This document shows positions 18,080 through 27,034 of a DNA stretch of 36,682 bases, one piece after another; position 1 is the stretch's first letter, and the number at the start of each line of letters is the position of its first letter. A program made the translations under genes and the position numbers. This stretch comes from a virus (lineage: Duplodnaviria; Heunggongvirae; Uroviricota; Caudoviricetes), in the IMG/VR virus record IMGVR_UViG_2545824713_000010; one strand, written 5' to 3'. Under the pieces are notes generated by a model. That model made no database searches. It was given only the letters and a program-made list of their open reading frames with translations, and was not told the origin of the DNA.

Positions 18080-18533
18080 TTCCCTGCGTGAAGCCATGAC
18101 CCGTTCATGCCGATGGTGTCAGGCCAACCCGGAAAAATTCACCATTTTCGTGGAGAGCGGCAACATTGAAACGACAGGAGAAACCCCATCGTTTGTTTAC
18201 CGCTATCAGATGGTGATGTTTGTCATGGATTACGCCGGGGAGCTGGACGACCTCACGCTGCCGCTGCTGGCGTGGTTATCCAAAAATCAGCCACAGTTGT
18301 TGCTCAACCCTGAGCGTAATCAGGACATCAAATTCTCCGCCGTTATTAATGACGATGACAGCGCCGATCTCCTGTTTACGCTCCCCCTGCGGGAACGCGT
18401 TCGCATCACGCGCAGCAGTCAGGGCACACCGCAGGCAGAACACCTGCCGGAGCCAAAACCCCGCCTGCCATCTTCCGAAGGCGACTGGTCGCATGTATTC
18501 CAGGATGTGACGTGGGGTGAAAGCGATGGATAA
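18066..18533 (+). CDS. R: Tail completion protein, P2 gpR-like
   Basis: 155 aa, same length as P2 R, with a similar N-terminus (MLK.DSLR) and the motif PLLAWL.KNQP. Confidence 0.8.
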   Translation: MLKTDSLREAMTRSCRWCQANPEKFTIFVESGNIETTGETPSFVYRYQMVMFVMDYAGELDDLTLPLLAWLSKNQPQLLLNPERNQDIKFSAVINDDDSADLLFTLPLRERVRITRSSQGTPQAEHLPEPKPRLPSSEGDWSHVFQDVTWGESDG

Positions 18534-19161
18534 GGCATTCACCCGCGTGGATGAAACCTTTGAGGCCATCCGCGACAGCCTGAATCAGCAGGCCATCAAT
18601 AACATCGCCAGAAAGCTGGCACAGAATTTACGCCGCGCCCAGCAGGCGCGTATCCGGTCACAGAAAGCGCCGGACGGGACCGCGTGGACACCACGCAGAC
18701 GCCGCGTAACCCGGATACAGGAACGCATTCGCTTTATCTGGAATAACGAAGCACGCACGCTGAAAAACTGGCATCACGACACGGGGAAATACGGGCGAAC
18801 CATTACCGGGTGGGATGAGGATAAAAACAATATCCGCACGTTTTACCGGGATGACATCGACCGTTTTCTGGAAATACGCACCCGGCGCATCAACCAGGAC
18901 AGCACCAGGCGCGTCCCCATGTTCGTAAAACTGCGCACCGCCCGCTACCTGAAAGCCCGTGCAGATGCTTCCGGTGTGACGGTGGGTTACAGCGGCGTGG
19001 CTGCACGTATTGCACGCGTTCATCAGTTCGGTGAGCGCGATCAGGTTGCGCCGGGCATTTTCACCGATTACCCGGTACGTGAGCTGCTGGGTATCAGCCA
19101 GACAGATGAACGCCTGATTTATAACACGGTGCTGGGCCGGATTGCGGAGGCTGTACGGTGA
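18526..19161 (+). CDS. S: Virion morphogenesis / tail completion protein (P2 gpS position)
   Basis: ORF 18517..19161; ATG at 18526 (a GTG at 18517 is the alternative start); positional call, longer than P2 S. Confidence 0.65.
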   Translation: MDKAFTRVDETFEAIRDSLNQQAINNIARKLAQNLRRAQQARIRSQKAPDGTAWTPRRRRVTRIQERIRFIWNNEARTLKNWHHDTGKYGRTITGWDEDKNNIRTFYRDDIDRFLEIRTRRINQDSTRRVPMFVKLRTARYLKARADASGVTVGYSGVAARIARVHQFGERDQVAPGIFTDYPVRELLGISQTDERLIYNTVLGRIAEAVR

Positions 19162-19739
19162 GCGCAGAACTCATGCGGCTGCTGAGCAACATCATCCGCA
19201 CCGGGATCATCTCTGAAGTTGATGAGGAATCCTGGTGCGTGCGCGTTCGCAGCGGCGAACTGGAAACAGGCTGGCTGCGCTGGAACACCACGCGCGCGGG
19301 TGCCTTCAATGTGTGGTTGCCGCCATCACCAGGCGAACAGGTGGTAATTGCCTGCATTGGCGGCAACCCGGAAACCGCCATGATAATTGGCAGCCTGTGG
19401 AGTGATGCCAGTCCGGCCCCCGGCAAAAGCCTGAAAGAAATCGTGGTCAGCGCGCCGGATGGCGCGGTGTTCCGCTACGACGCAGACGCTGGCGCACTGA
19501 GCGCCAGCGGCATGAAAACAGCCACCCTGCAGGCATCCGTCAGCGTGACACTGGATACGCCCGTCGTGGAATGCACAAACCTTCTGAGAACAGCGACGCT
19601 TGACGTCACAAAAGGGGGAAAGATGAGCGGCAATATCACGCACAGCGGCGGCGATTTCACCTCAAACGGCATCACAGTGCATACGCATAAGCACGGTGGC
19701 GTTAAAGGTGGCAGCGATTCGACAGGAGGCCCGCAGTGA
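19158..19739 (+). CDS. V: Baseplate spike protein, P2 gpV-like
   Basis: 193 aa; ATGA-type overlap with S; C-terminal region HTHKHGG fits a spike apex metal-binding motif. Confidence 0.8.
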   Translation: MSAELMRLLSNIIRTGIISEVDEESWCVRVRSGELETGWLRWNTTRAGAFNVWLPPSPGEQVVIACIGGNPETAMIIGSLWSDASPAPGKSLKEIVVSAPDGAVFRYDADAGALSASGMKTATLQASVSVTLDTPVVECTNLLRTATLDVTKGGKMSGNITHSGGDFTSNGITVHTHKHGGVKGGSDSTGGPQ

Positions 19740-20086
19740 CAACCCGCTACACAGGAATGAACCCGGACGGAACGGGAAACCTGAACGATACGGAGCACCT
19801 GAAACAGTCAGTCAGGGACATCCTGACCACCCCGCTGGCCAGCCGGGTTATGCGACGGGAATATGGCAGCCTTGTACCTGATTTGATTGACGAACCCATG
19901 AATAACACCACGCGTCTGCAATGCATGAGTGCTGCCGTGATTGCACTGACACGATGGGAACCCCGCATTGCCCTGGACGCCATCGACGTTGTCTGGAAGG
20001 CAGGAGGCCGCGCCGGGGTGACGCTGTCGGGCACTGTCATGCAGACCATGCAGAATGTTGAATTAACCATCACGCTGAGGGAGTAA
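19736..20086 (+). CDS. W: Baseplate wedge protein, P2 gpW-like
   Basis: 116 aa (P2 W is 115 aa); position after V. Confidence 0.8.
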   Translation: MTTRYTGMNPDGTGNLNDTEHLKQSVRDILTTPLASRVMRREYGSLVPDLIDEPMNNTTRLQCMSAAVIALTRWEPRIALDAIDVVWKAGGRAGVTLSGTVMQTMQNVELTITLRE

Positions 20087-20089
20087 ATC

Positions 20090-20986
20090 ATGCCCGCCGT
20101 TGACCTTTCCCAGTTACCGGAACCCGCCATCATCGCGGAGCCTGACTTTGAAGCAATTCTGGCTGACACAAAAGCCATGATGATTGCGTCCTATCCCGCC
20201 GAACAGCGTGAAGCCGTTTCCGCCGCGCTGGAGCTGGAATCGGAACCCCTGAACGTTATCGCCCAGACAACAGCGTTTCGTGAAATGCTGTTACGCCAGC
20301 GGGTTAACGAGGGCGCACGCGCCTGCATGTTAAGCCACAGCGCCGGGACAGACCTGGACAACCTCGCGGGCAATATGAACACAAAGCGCCTGGTTATCAC
20401 TCCGGCAACGGATACCACCGACGCGGTGATGGAGAGCGACACCTCGCTTAGACTGCGGGCGCAGCGGGCGTACGACGGCCTGAGTGTTGCTGGCCCGTCA
20501 GGTGCATACGAGTATTTTGCCCGCAGCGCCAGCGGTCTGGTGCGTGATGCGCGGGCTATCAGTCCGTCTCCGGCCAATGTGACGGTTTCCATCCTGTCCA
20601 CTGAAGGCGACGGCACAGCAACGGAGGCGTTGCTTAATACCGTTCGCGCCGTTCTGAATGCAGAGGATACCCGCCCGGTGGCCGACCGCCTGACGGTACA
20701 GAGCGCCAGAATCGTGACATGGCGGCTGAATGCAAAACTGTACTTTTACCCCGGCCCGGAATCCGAACCTATTCTGGCCGCAGCTGAATCGTCGTTCAGG
20801 AAGTGGCTGGCTGAGCAGGGGCTTATCGGTCAGGACGTGGCGTTGTCCGCCATTGCTGCCGCACTGCATGTGCACGGTGTGCAACGCGTGGAGATAATCG
20901 AACCCACACAGAATATGGCCATCAGCGACATACAGGCGGCGCGCTGTGAGTCATTCACCATCAGCGAAGGTGGGCGTAATGAGTAA
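20090..20986 (+). CDS. J: Baseplate protein, P2 gpJ-like
   Basis: 298 aa (P2 J is about 302 aa); position. Confidence 0.85.
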   Translation: MPAVDLSQLPEPAIIAEPDFEAILADTKAMMIASYPAEQREAVSAALELESEPLNVIAQTTAFREMLLRQRVNEGARACMLSHSAGTDLDNLAGNMNTKRLVITPATDTTDAVMESDTSLRLRAQRAYDGLSVAGPSGAYEYFARSASGLVRDARAISPSPANVTVSILSTEGDGTATEALLNTVRAVLNAEDTRPVADRLTVQSARIVTWRLNAKLYFYPGPESEPILAAAESSFRKWLAEQGLIGQDVALSAIAAALHVHGVQRVEIIEPTQNMAISDIQAARCESFTISEGGRNE

Positions 20987-21509
20987 TTCACTGTTACCGC
21001 CATCAGCCAGCAATTTCATGCGTTGCGCCGAAGCTGTCGGAGCGCGCATTACAGACATCCCGGTAGACCTCAACACGCTGTGGTCACCGGACACCTGCCC
21101 GGTGCATCTGCTGCCTTATCTCGCCTGGGCATTTTCCGTTGACCGCTGGGATCGCAACTGGCCGGAAGAGACAAAGCAACAGGTGATTCGTGATGCATGG
21201 CTGATACACCGACACAAAGGGACCATCAGCGCACTGCGCCGGGCCATTGAGCCGCTGGGATACCTCATTCGCGTGTCTGAGTGGTGGGAGTTCGGCGGAG
21301 AACCGGGAACATTTACCGTTGAAGTCGGCACGCTGGACAGTGGCGTGACGGAGGAAATGTATCTGGAAATGGAGCGGTTGATTGCTGATGCCCGCCCGGT
21401 CAGCCGCCACATGACAGGGCTGAATATCATTCAGGAAATTCCGGGAGATATTTTCGCGGCGGCAGCAACTTACGACGGTGAAGTCATTACCATTTATCCG
21501 GACGATTAA
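20979..21509 (+). CDS. I: Baseplate protein, P2 gpI-like
   Basis: The ATG overlapping the J stop gives 176 aa, identical in length to P2 I. Confidence 0.85.
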   Translation: MSNSLLPPSASNFMRCAEAVGARITDIPVDLNTLWSPDTCPVHLLPYLAWAFSVDRWDRNWPEETKQQVIRDAWLIHRHKGTISALRRAIEPLGYLIRVSEWWEFGGEPGTFTVEVGTLDSGVTEEMYLEMERLIADARPVSRHMTGLNIIQEIPGDIFAAAATYDGEVITIYPDD

Positions 21510-21511
21510 GC

Positions 21512-23794
21512 ATGAGTACCACAACACGAAAATTTAAAACCGTTATCACCGATACGGGTGCAAAAAAATTAGCTCAGGCAGCCGCGCCAGATGGTAAGCC
21601 TGTCCGCCTGACTCATATGGCCGTGGGCGACGGTGGCGGCACGTTGCCCACACCAGACAGTAAGCAGACCCGTCTGGTGCATGAGGTGTGGCGACACACT
21701 GTTAATCGCGTCATCCTGGACGCAACACATCAGAACCGCATTATTGCGGAGCTGGTTATTCCTCCTGAAACGGGCGGATTCTGGATCCGGGAAATTGGTG
21801 TATTTGATGAGCACGGCGATTTAATCGCGGTGGGCAATACTGCCGAAAGTTACAAGCCAGCCGTTGCCGAAGGGTCCGGTCGTGCACAAACGTTTCGCAC
21901 CATTCTGACCGTATCCAGCACTGCCACCGTGGCGCTTACCGTGGATAACACCATGGTGATGGCCACAGTGGATTACGTGGATGACAAACTGAAAGAGCAT
22001 GAACGGTCACGACATCACCCGGACGCCTCGCTGACCGCAAAAGGCTTTGTTCAACTCAGTAGCGCCACTAACAGCGTGTCTGAAACGCAGGCTGCAACGC
22101 CGAAAGCAGTAAAGGCAGCATATGACCTGGCTAATGGCAAATACACCGCACAGGACGCTACCACTGCGCGGAAAGGGATAGTTCAGCTCAGTAGCGCCAC
22201 CAACAGCACGTCTGAAACGCAGGCTGCAACGCCGAAAGCAGTAAAGACCGCGTATGATCTTGCTAACGGTAAATATACTGCGCAGGATGCCAGCACGACG
22301 CGAAAAGGCCTTGTCCAGCTCAGTAGCGCCACCAACAGCACGTCTGAAGCGCAGGCTGCAACGCCGAAAGCAGTAAAGGCCGCGTATGACCTTGCTAGCG
22401 CAAAATATACCGCTCAGGACGCCACGACGACACAAAAAGGGATAGTCCAGCTCAGTAGTGCCACCAACAGCACGTCTGAAACACTGGCCGCGACACCGAA
22501 AGCGGTTAAGGCGGTAATGGATGAAACGAACAAGAAAGCGCCTTTAAACAGTCCTGCGCTGACCGGAACGCCAACAACGCCAACTGCGCCAAAAGGGACT
22601 AATAATACTCAGATCGCAAGCACGGCTTATGTGATGGCCGCGATTGCCGCACTTGTAGACTCGTCGCCTGACGCACTGAATACGCTGAACGAGCTGGCGG
22701 CGGCGCTGGGCAACGACCCGAATTTTGCGACCACCATGACTAAAGCGCTTGCGGGTAAGCAACCGAAAGATGCCACCCTGACGGCGCTGGCCGGGCTTGC
22801 TACTGCGGCAGACAAGTTTCCGTATTTTACGGGGAATGATGTCGCCAGCCTGGCAACTCTGACAAAAGTCGGGCGGGATATTCTTGCGAAATCGACCGTT
22901 GCCGCTGTTATCGAATACCTCGGTTTACAGGAAATGGTAAACAGGGCCAGGAACGCGGTGCAAAAGAATGGCGATACCTTGTCCGGTGGGCTTACTTTTG
23001 CAAACGACTCAATCCTTGCCTGGATTCGAAATACTGACTGGGCAAAGATTGGTTTTAAAAATGATGCTGACAGCGATACTGATTCATTCATGTGGTTTGA
23101 AACAGGCGACAACGGCAATGAATATTTCAAATGGAGAAGCCGCCAGGGCACCACAACAAAAGACCTGATGACGCTGAAATTGAATGCACTAAATATTCTG
23201 GTTAATGCCGTCATTAATGGCAGTCTTGGAGTTGGTACAACGAATGCGTTAGGTGGTAGCTCAATTGTTCTTGGTGATAATGATACCGGATTTAAACAGA
23301 ATGGTGATGGTATTCTGGATGTTTACGCTAATAGTCAGCGAGTATTCCGCTTTCAGAATGGAGTTGCTATTGCTTTTAAAAACATTCAGGCAGGTGATAG
23401 TAAAAAGTTCTCGCTATCCAGCTCCAACACCTCCACAAAGAATGCAACGTTTAATTTATGGGGTGCTTCAACCCGTCCAGTAGTTGCAGAGTTAGGCGAT
23501 GAGGCAGGATGGCATTTCTATAGCCAGCGAAATACAGATAACTCGGTAATATTTTCTGTTAACGGTCAGATACAGCCCAGCAACTGGGGGAATTTTGATT
23601 CACGCTATGTAAAAGATGTTCGCCTGGGTACGCGTGTTGTTCAATTGATGGCGCGTGGTGGTCGTTATGAAAAAGCCGGACACGCAATTACCGGATTAAG
23701 AATCATTGGTGAAGTAGATGGCGATGATGAAGCCATCTTCAGACCAATACAAAAATACATCAATGGCACATGGTATAACGTCGCACAGGTGTAA
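21512..23794 (+). CDS. H: Tail fibre protein, P2 gpH-like, with constant N-terminal part and invertible C-terminal receptor-binding part
   Basis: 760 aa; four tandem 43-aa repeats; crossover site inside the gene at 22908..22933; C-terminus ends INGTWYNVAQV, like the alternative segment. Confidence 0.9.
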   Translation: MSTTTRKFKTVITDTGAKKLAQAAAPDGKPVRLTHMAVGDGGGTLPTPDSKQTRLVHEVWRHTVNRVILDATHQNRIIAELVIPPETGGFWIREIGVFDEHGDLIAVGNTAESYKPAVAEGSGRAQTFRTILTVSSTATVALTVDNTMVMATVDYVDDKLKEHERSRHHPDASLTAKGFVQLSSATNSVSETQAATPKAVKAAYDLANGKYTAQDATTARKGIVQLSSATNSTSETQAATPKAVKTAYDLANGKYTAQDASTTRKGLVQLSSATNSTSEAQAATPKAVKAAYDLASAKYTAQDATTTQKGIVQLSSATNSTSETLAATPKAVKAVMDETNKKAPLNSPALTGTPTTPTAPKGTNNTQIASTAYVMAAIAALVDSSPDALNTLNELAAALGNDPNFATTMTKALAGKQPKDATLTALAGLATAADKFPYFTGNDVASLATLTKVGRDILAKSTVAAVIEYLGLQEMVNRARNAVQKNGDTLSGGLTFANDSILAWIRNTDWAKIGFKNDADSDTDSFMWFETGDNGNEYFKWRSRQGTTTKDLMTLKLNALNILVNAVINGSLGVGTTNALGGSSIVLGDNDTGFKQNGDGILDVYANSQRVFRFQNGVAIAFKNIQAGDSKKFSLSSSNTSTKNATFNLWGASTRPVVAELGDEAGWHFYSQRNTDNSVIFSVNGQIQPSNWGNFDSRYVKDVRLGTRVVQLMARGGRYEKAGHAITGLRIIGEVDGDDEAIFRPIQKYINGTWYNVAQV
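22042..22525 (+). repeat. Four tandem ~129-bp coding repeats (KG.VQLSSATNS.SETQAATPKAVKAAYDLANGKYTAQDA)
   Basis: Repeats start near 22042, 22175, 22304 and 22436; typical phage tail-fibre repeat. Confidence 0.75.
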
Positions 23795-24325
23795 ATGATG
23801 CAGCATTTAAAAAATATTAAGTCAGGAAATCCAAAAACAAAAGAGCAATATCAGCTAACAAAGAATTTTGATGTTATCTGGTTATATACAGAAGACGGTA
23901 AAAACTGGTATGAGGAAGTGAAAAACTTTCAGCCAGACACAATAAAGATTGTTTACGATGCAAATAATATTATTGTCGCCATCACTAAAGATGCCTCCAC
24001 GCTTAACCCTGAAGGTTTTAGCGTCGTTGAGGTTCCCGATATTACAGCCAACCGCCGCGCTGATGATTCAGGAAAGTGGATGTTTAAGGATGGAGCTGTA
24101 GTTAAACGGATTTATACGGCAGACGAACAGCAACAACAGGCCGAATCACAAAAGGCCGCGTTGATTTCCGAAGCTGAATCAGTCATCCAGCCGCTGGAAC
24201 GCGCTGTCAGGCTGAATATGGCAACAGACGAGGAACGCACACGACTGGAAGCATGGGAACGCTACAGCGTTCTGGTCAGCCGTGTGGATACGGCAAATCC
24301 TGAATGGCCACAAAAGCCTGAATAA
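23795..24325 (+). CDS. G: Tail fibre assembly chaperone, P2 gpG-like
   Basis: 176 aa (P2 G is 175 aa); conserved N-terminal half shared with the inverted paralogue. Confidence 0.85.
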   Translation: MMQHLKNIKSGNPKTKEQYQLTKNFDVIWLYTEDGKNWYEEVKNFQPDTIKIVYDANNIIVAITKDASTLNPEGFSVVEVPDITANRRADDSGKWMFKDGAVVKRIYTADEQQQQAESQKAALISEAESVIQPLERAVRLNMATDEERTRLEAWERYSVLVSRVDTANPEWPQKPE

Positions 24326-24330
24326 AAATT

Positions 24331-24350
24331 AAGGCCCGATAGCGGGCCTT
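24331..24350. terminator. Bidirectional hairpin between convergent chaperone genes (aaggcccg atag cgggcctt)
   Basis: Perfect 8-bp GC-rich stem in the 28-bp spacer between the two convergent genes. Confidence 0.45.
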
Positions 24351-24353
24351 GTT

Positions 24354-24887
24354 TCATTCTGGTTGTTCTGGAAACGTTACTGGCAGGCTGGAGGTGTCTG
24401 TGGATTCGACCTTCTGCGCATAGAGCATCCACTCGGTTAATTTTTGTTTATTCTCGTTGGAAATGATACCCAGCCGTAGCTGTGAGTCCCATAGCTGGGT
24501 TTTATCCCTGACGAGCTGTAGCAGGCTTTGCTTTTCATTTTCCGCTTGTTGCCTCTGCTCTTCCTCGGTATAAGTTCGCTTTATCACTACGCCATCTTTG
24601 AACATCCATTTCCCCGAAATATCAGCCCGGCGATTTGCTGTAATATCAGGTAATTCAACGACGCTTGCACCCTCTGGATTAATTGCTGAAACATCCTTTT
24701 CAATACAAATAATAACGCCGTTATGGTCATAGACCATTTTCAAAGTGTCTGGCTGGAAATTCTTTTGTTCCTCATACCAGTTTTTTCCATCATCTGAATA
24801 AAGCCATTTGATGTTAAATTGCTTTGTTAGCTGGTATTGCTCTTTTGTTTTAGGGTTGCCAGCAGTAATGTTTTTTAAGTGCATCAT
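24354..24887 (-). CDS. Alternative tail fibre assembly chaperone (G', Mu U'-like)
   Basis: 177 aa; N-terminal half near-identical to G ([29 protein letters not shown]), C-terminal half divergent. Confidence 0.8.
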   Translation of the reverse strand: MMHLKNITAGNPKTKEQYQLTKQFNIKWLYSDDGKNWYEEQKNFQPDTLKMVYDHNGVIICIEKDVSAINPEGASVVELPDITANRRADISGKWMFKDGVVIKRTYTEEEQRQQAENEKQSLLQLVRDKTQLWDSQLRLGIISNENKQKLTEWMLYAQKVESTDTSSLPVTFPEQPE

Positions 24888-24889
24888 CG

Positions 24890-25834
24890 TTAAATACTCC
24901 CCGCGTTATACCACGTCCCATTAATGCAATACTGAATTGGCCTTGCCTGAGTTGTATCAATTAATTCATCACGGTTTCCGTTAACTGAACCCGTAACGAC
25001 ATAACCTGACCTGTCAGACCAGCCGGGACCATTCCATGTCTGAACAGATGACAGACCGCCAAGGCGAATACCTGTAATAAACCTTGAGTTACATTCTGCC
25101 TGCGTATATGCTCCAACATCTCCCGCAGAGGGTTTGCGGGTTGTGGTGTAAAACTCTGACCAGTCAGCTTCAAAGCCATAACCATCTCGCGCTGAACGAT
25201 AATAAATACCGCCGTTCTTATAATTCACACGGAACTGAACCGCCGGGCAACTCCCCGCATTCATATTAAAGTGAAGAATCAATGTTGACGCTCCACTAAT
25301 AGTCGCATTATAAACGCCGCTATTTGAGTTCCATCCAACAGCTTTGTCATTTCCAACAGTGCTTCCTGTCTGCCCTAAAGCAAATGCAGGCTGCTGGTTT
25401 TTCGTGTTGTAGTCTCTTCGCCAGCCAGGAGCATAAGCATTACCATGATTAATATAGGTGAATTGAGCGTTAGTAATTCCGCCACCGCTGGATGTACTCG
25501 GCGTAGTAACGCGTATGGTCATTGCGCCGCGAGTGCCAATAACTTCCACCACAGCACCTGCAAGACAAATATTTCCGCAACCTGTATCTGTAATGACCTT
25601 ATTGTTTGCATAAGCCCATGAGCCTTTGCACATCCAGTAAGGATGGTTAAATGCCCCCTGACTCTCCAGCCACGAAATGAATTGTGCGGTTGTCCAGGTC
25701 TGACTATCGCCACCAATATTCAGCCATGCGCTATATGCGCGGCAGGCACCAATATTTTTGGTGAAGGTATCTTTTCCTGGAATATCTGCGCCGTTCTGTT
25801 TTTTCTGTAATGCGCCAGAAGCCTGATTTACCGT
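24890..25834 (-). CDS. Alternative tail-fibre C-terminal segment (Hv'), no own start; expressed only after inversion fuses it to the H constant part
   Basis: Open frame continuous from the right crossover site to the stop at 24890 (track ORF 24890..25633); ends QYCINGTWYNAGSI, parallel to the H C-terminus. Confidence 0.7.
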   Translation of the reverse strand, partial: TVNQASGALQKKQNGADIPGKDTFTKNIGACRAYSAWLNIGGDSQTWTTAQFISWLESQGAFNHPYWMCKGSWAYANNKVITDTGCGNICLAGAVVEVIGTRGAMTIRVTTPSTSSGGGITNAQFTYINHGNAYAPGWRRDYNTKNQQPAFALGQTGSTVGNDKAVGWNSNSGVYNATISGASTLILHFNMNAGSCPAVQFRVNYKNGGIYYRSARDGYGFEADWSEFYTTTRKPSAGDVGAYTQAECNSRFITGIRLGGLSSVQTWNGPGWSDRSGYVVTGSVNGNRDELIDTTQARPIQYCINGTWYNAGSI

Positions 25835-25914
25835 TTCCTGTAAACCGAGGTTTTAGATAATGGCCGTTTCTGGCCTGCATGGCATGATTTGCGCTTTTGG
25901 ACGGGAGATTCAGT

Positions 25915-26505
25915 GTGCTGATTGGCTATGTAAGGGTATCAACAAATGACCAGAATACAGACCTGCAACGAAACGCTCTTGTTTGTGCAGGATGTGAACA
26001 AATATTTGAAGATAAATTAAGCGGGACAAAGACTGACCGACCGGGATTAAAACGCGCTTTAAAGCGCCTTCAACAAGGTGACACGCTGGTTGTCTGGAAA
26101 CTGGATCGCCTCGGGCGAAGCATGAAACATCTGATTTCTCTCGTCGGGGAACTACGGGAGCGAGGGATTAATTTTCGCAGTCTGACCGACAGCATAGATA
26201 CATCTTCTCCAATGGGGCGTTTTTTCTTCCACGTGATGGGTGCCCTGGCTGAAATGGAACGTGAATTAATTGTTGAACGTACACTGGCCGGACTGGCGGC
26301 AGCGCGCGCACGGGGGCGCACAGGCGGACGTCGACCGAAGCTGACAAAAGAACAGCATGAGCAAATAGCAAGGCTGATTAAAAACGGTCACGACAGAAAA
26401 CAACTGGCAATAATTTACAGCATTGGTATATCGACAATTTATCGTTACCACCCCGCAGGAGAATCAAGTGGAACAATTGAGAAGAGTAAACAAAATAACC
26501 GCTAA
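25915..26505 (+). CDS. Serine DNA invertase, Hin/Gin/Cin/Pin family
   Basis: GTG start gives MLIGYVRVSTNDQNTDLQRNAL, strongly matching e14 Pin / Hin as recalled; catalytic-serine motif VRVST and a C-terminal HTH. Confidence 0.85.
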   Translation: MLIGYVRVSTNDQNTDLQRNALVCAGCEQIFEDKLSGTKTDRPGLKRALKRLQQGDTLVVWKLDRLGRSMKHLISLVGELRERGINFRSLTDSIDTSSPMGRFFFHVMGALAEMERELIVERTLAGLAAARARGRTGGRRPKLTKEQHEQIARLIKNGHDRKQLAIIYSIGISTIYRYHPAGESSGTIEKSKQNNR

Positions 26506-26527
26506 TCTGGCCATTAGCGGTTTTTGT
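26498..26527. terminator. Bidirectional rho-independent terminator between the convergent invertase and U genes (accgctaat ctggcc attagcggt then TTTTT)
   Basis: 9-bp stem overlapping the invertase stop, T-run on the plus strand and A-run upstream for the minus strand. Confidence 0.55.
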
Positions 26528-26533
26528 GTTAAA

Positions 26534-27028
26534 TCAGAACAGCCCTTTAACGGAGCTGGCCGCGCTGTTAAGGGATAATGTGACCTTATCTTTGAAGCCG
26601 GACAGCATATCGCTGAACGATGAGGATTGCAGGCGCTCCCGCAAATCCTCATCACAGCGTTCAAGGGTCAGTGAAAATTCTATTTTTTTCGCCTTACCGT
26701 AGCGATCAAATTCAGAGCGGGTCGTACTCGTTTCGGTCAGGACATACATGCCGTAAATCTGCCCGACGCCATCAATCAGAGGCCAGGGGCGTCCTGTATA
26801 TGCCTGCGTGGTCAGCAGCGACAGCGACACTTCGCCACCTGTAATTTCAGGATAAAGCACGCCTGAAAGCACGATGCGATCATTACCTGCACCGATATAC
26901 TGCCAGCTTGCTGAACGGTTAACGCGTTCATTTTTCACATGCCGCCAGCTTTTGTTTTGCTGTAACTGCTGATGCGGCAGCGTGCGCAACTCAAAAACAA
27001 ACATGCCGTAGATCATCATCATGACCAT
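26534..27028 (-). CDS. U: Tail protein, P2 gpU-like
   Basis: 164 aa; N-terminus resembles P2 U as recalled; position downstream of T on the same strand. Confidence 0.75.
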   Translation of the reverse strand: MVMMMIYGMFVFELRTLPHQQLQQNKSWRHVKNERVNRSASWQYIGAGNDRIVLSGVLYPEITGGEVSLSLLTTQAYTGRPWPLIDGVGQIYGMYVLTETSTTRSEFDRYGKAKKIEFSLTLERCDEDLRERLQSSSFSDMLSGFKDKVTLSLNSAASSVKGLF

Positions 27029-27034
27029 GACTCC

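Larger units (their letters stand above)
22908..25860. mobile_element. Invertible tail-fibre segment (Mu G-segment-like) bounded by inverted crossover sites
   Basis: ttatcgaatacctcggtttacaggaa (22908..22933) and ttcctgtaaaccgaggttttagataa (25835..25860) are in inverted orientation (shared inverted core cctcggtttacaggaa); the right site is almost identical to the Mu gix sequence as recalled. Alternative fibre and chaperone genes lie on the opposite strand inside, with the invertase just outside. Confidence 0.75.

Noticed and set aside
22007-22435. 142-aa minus-strand ORF with internal repeats, and the idea of a CRISPR-like array
   Set aside because: It is the antisense image of the tandem coding repeats in tail fibre H. 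The repeats are 129-bp protein-coding units with no spacer-repeat structure, so this is neither a separate gene nor a CRISPR array.
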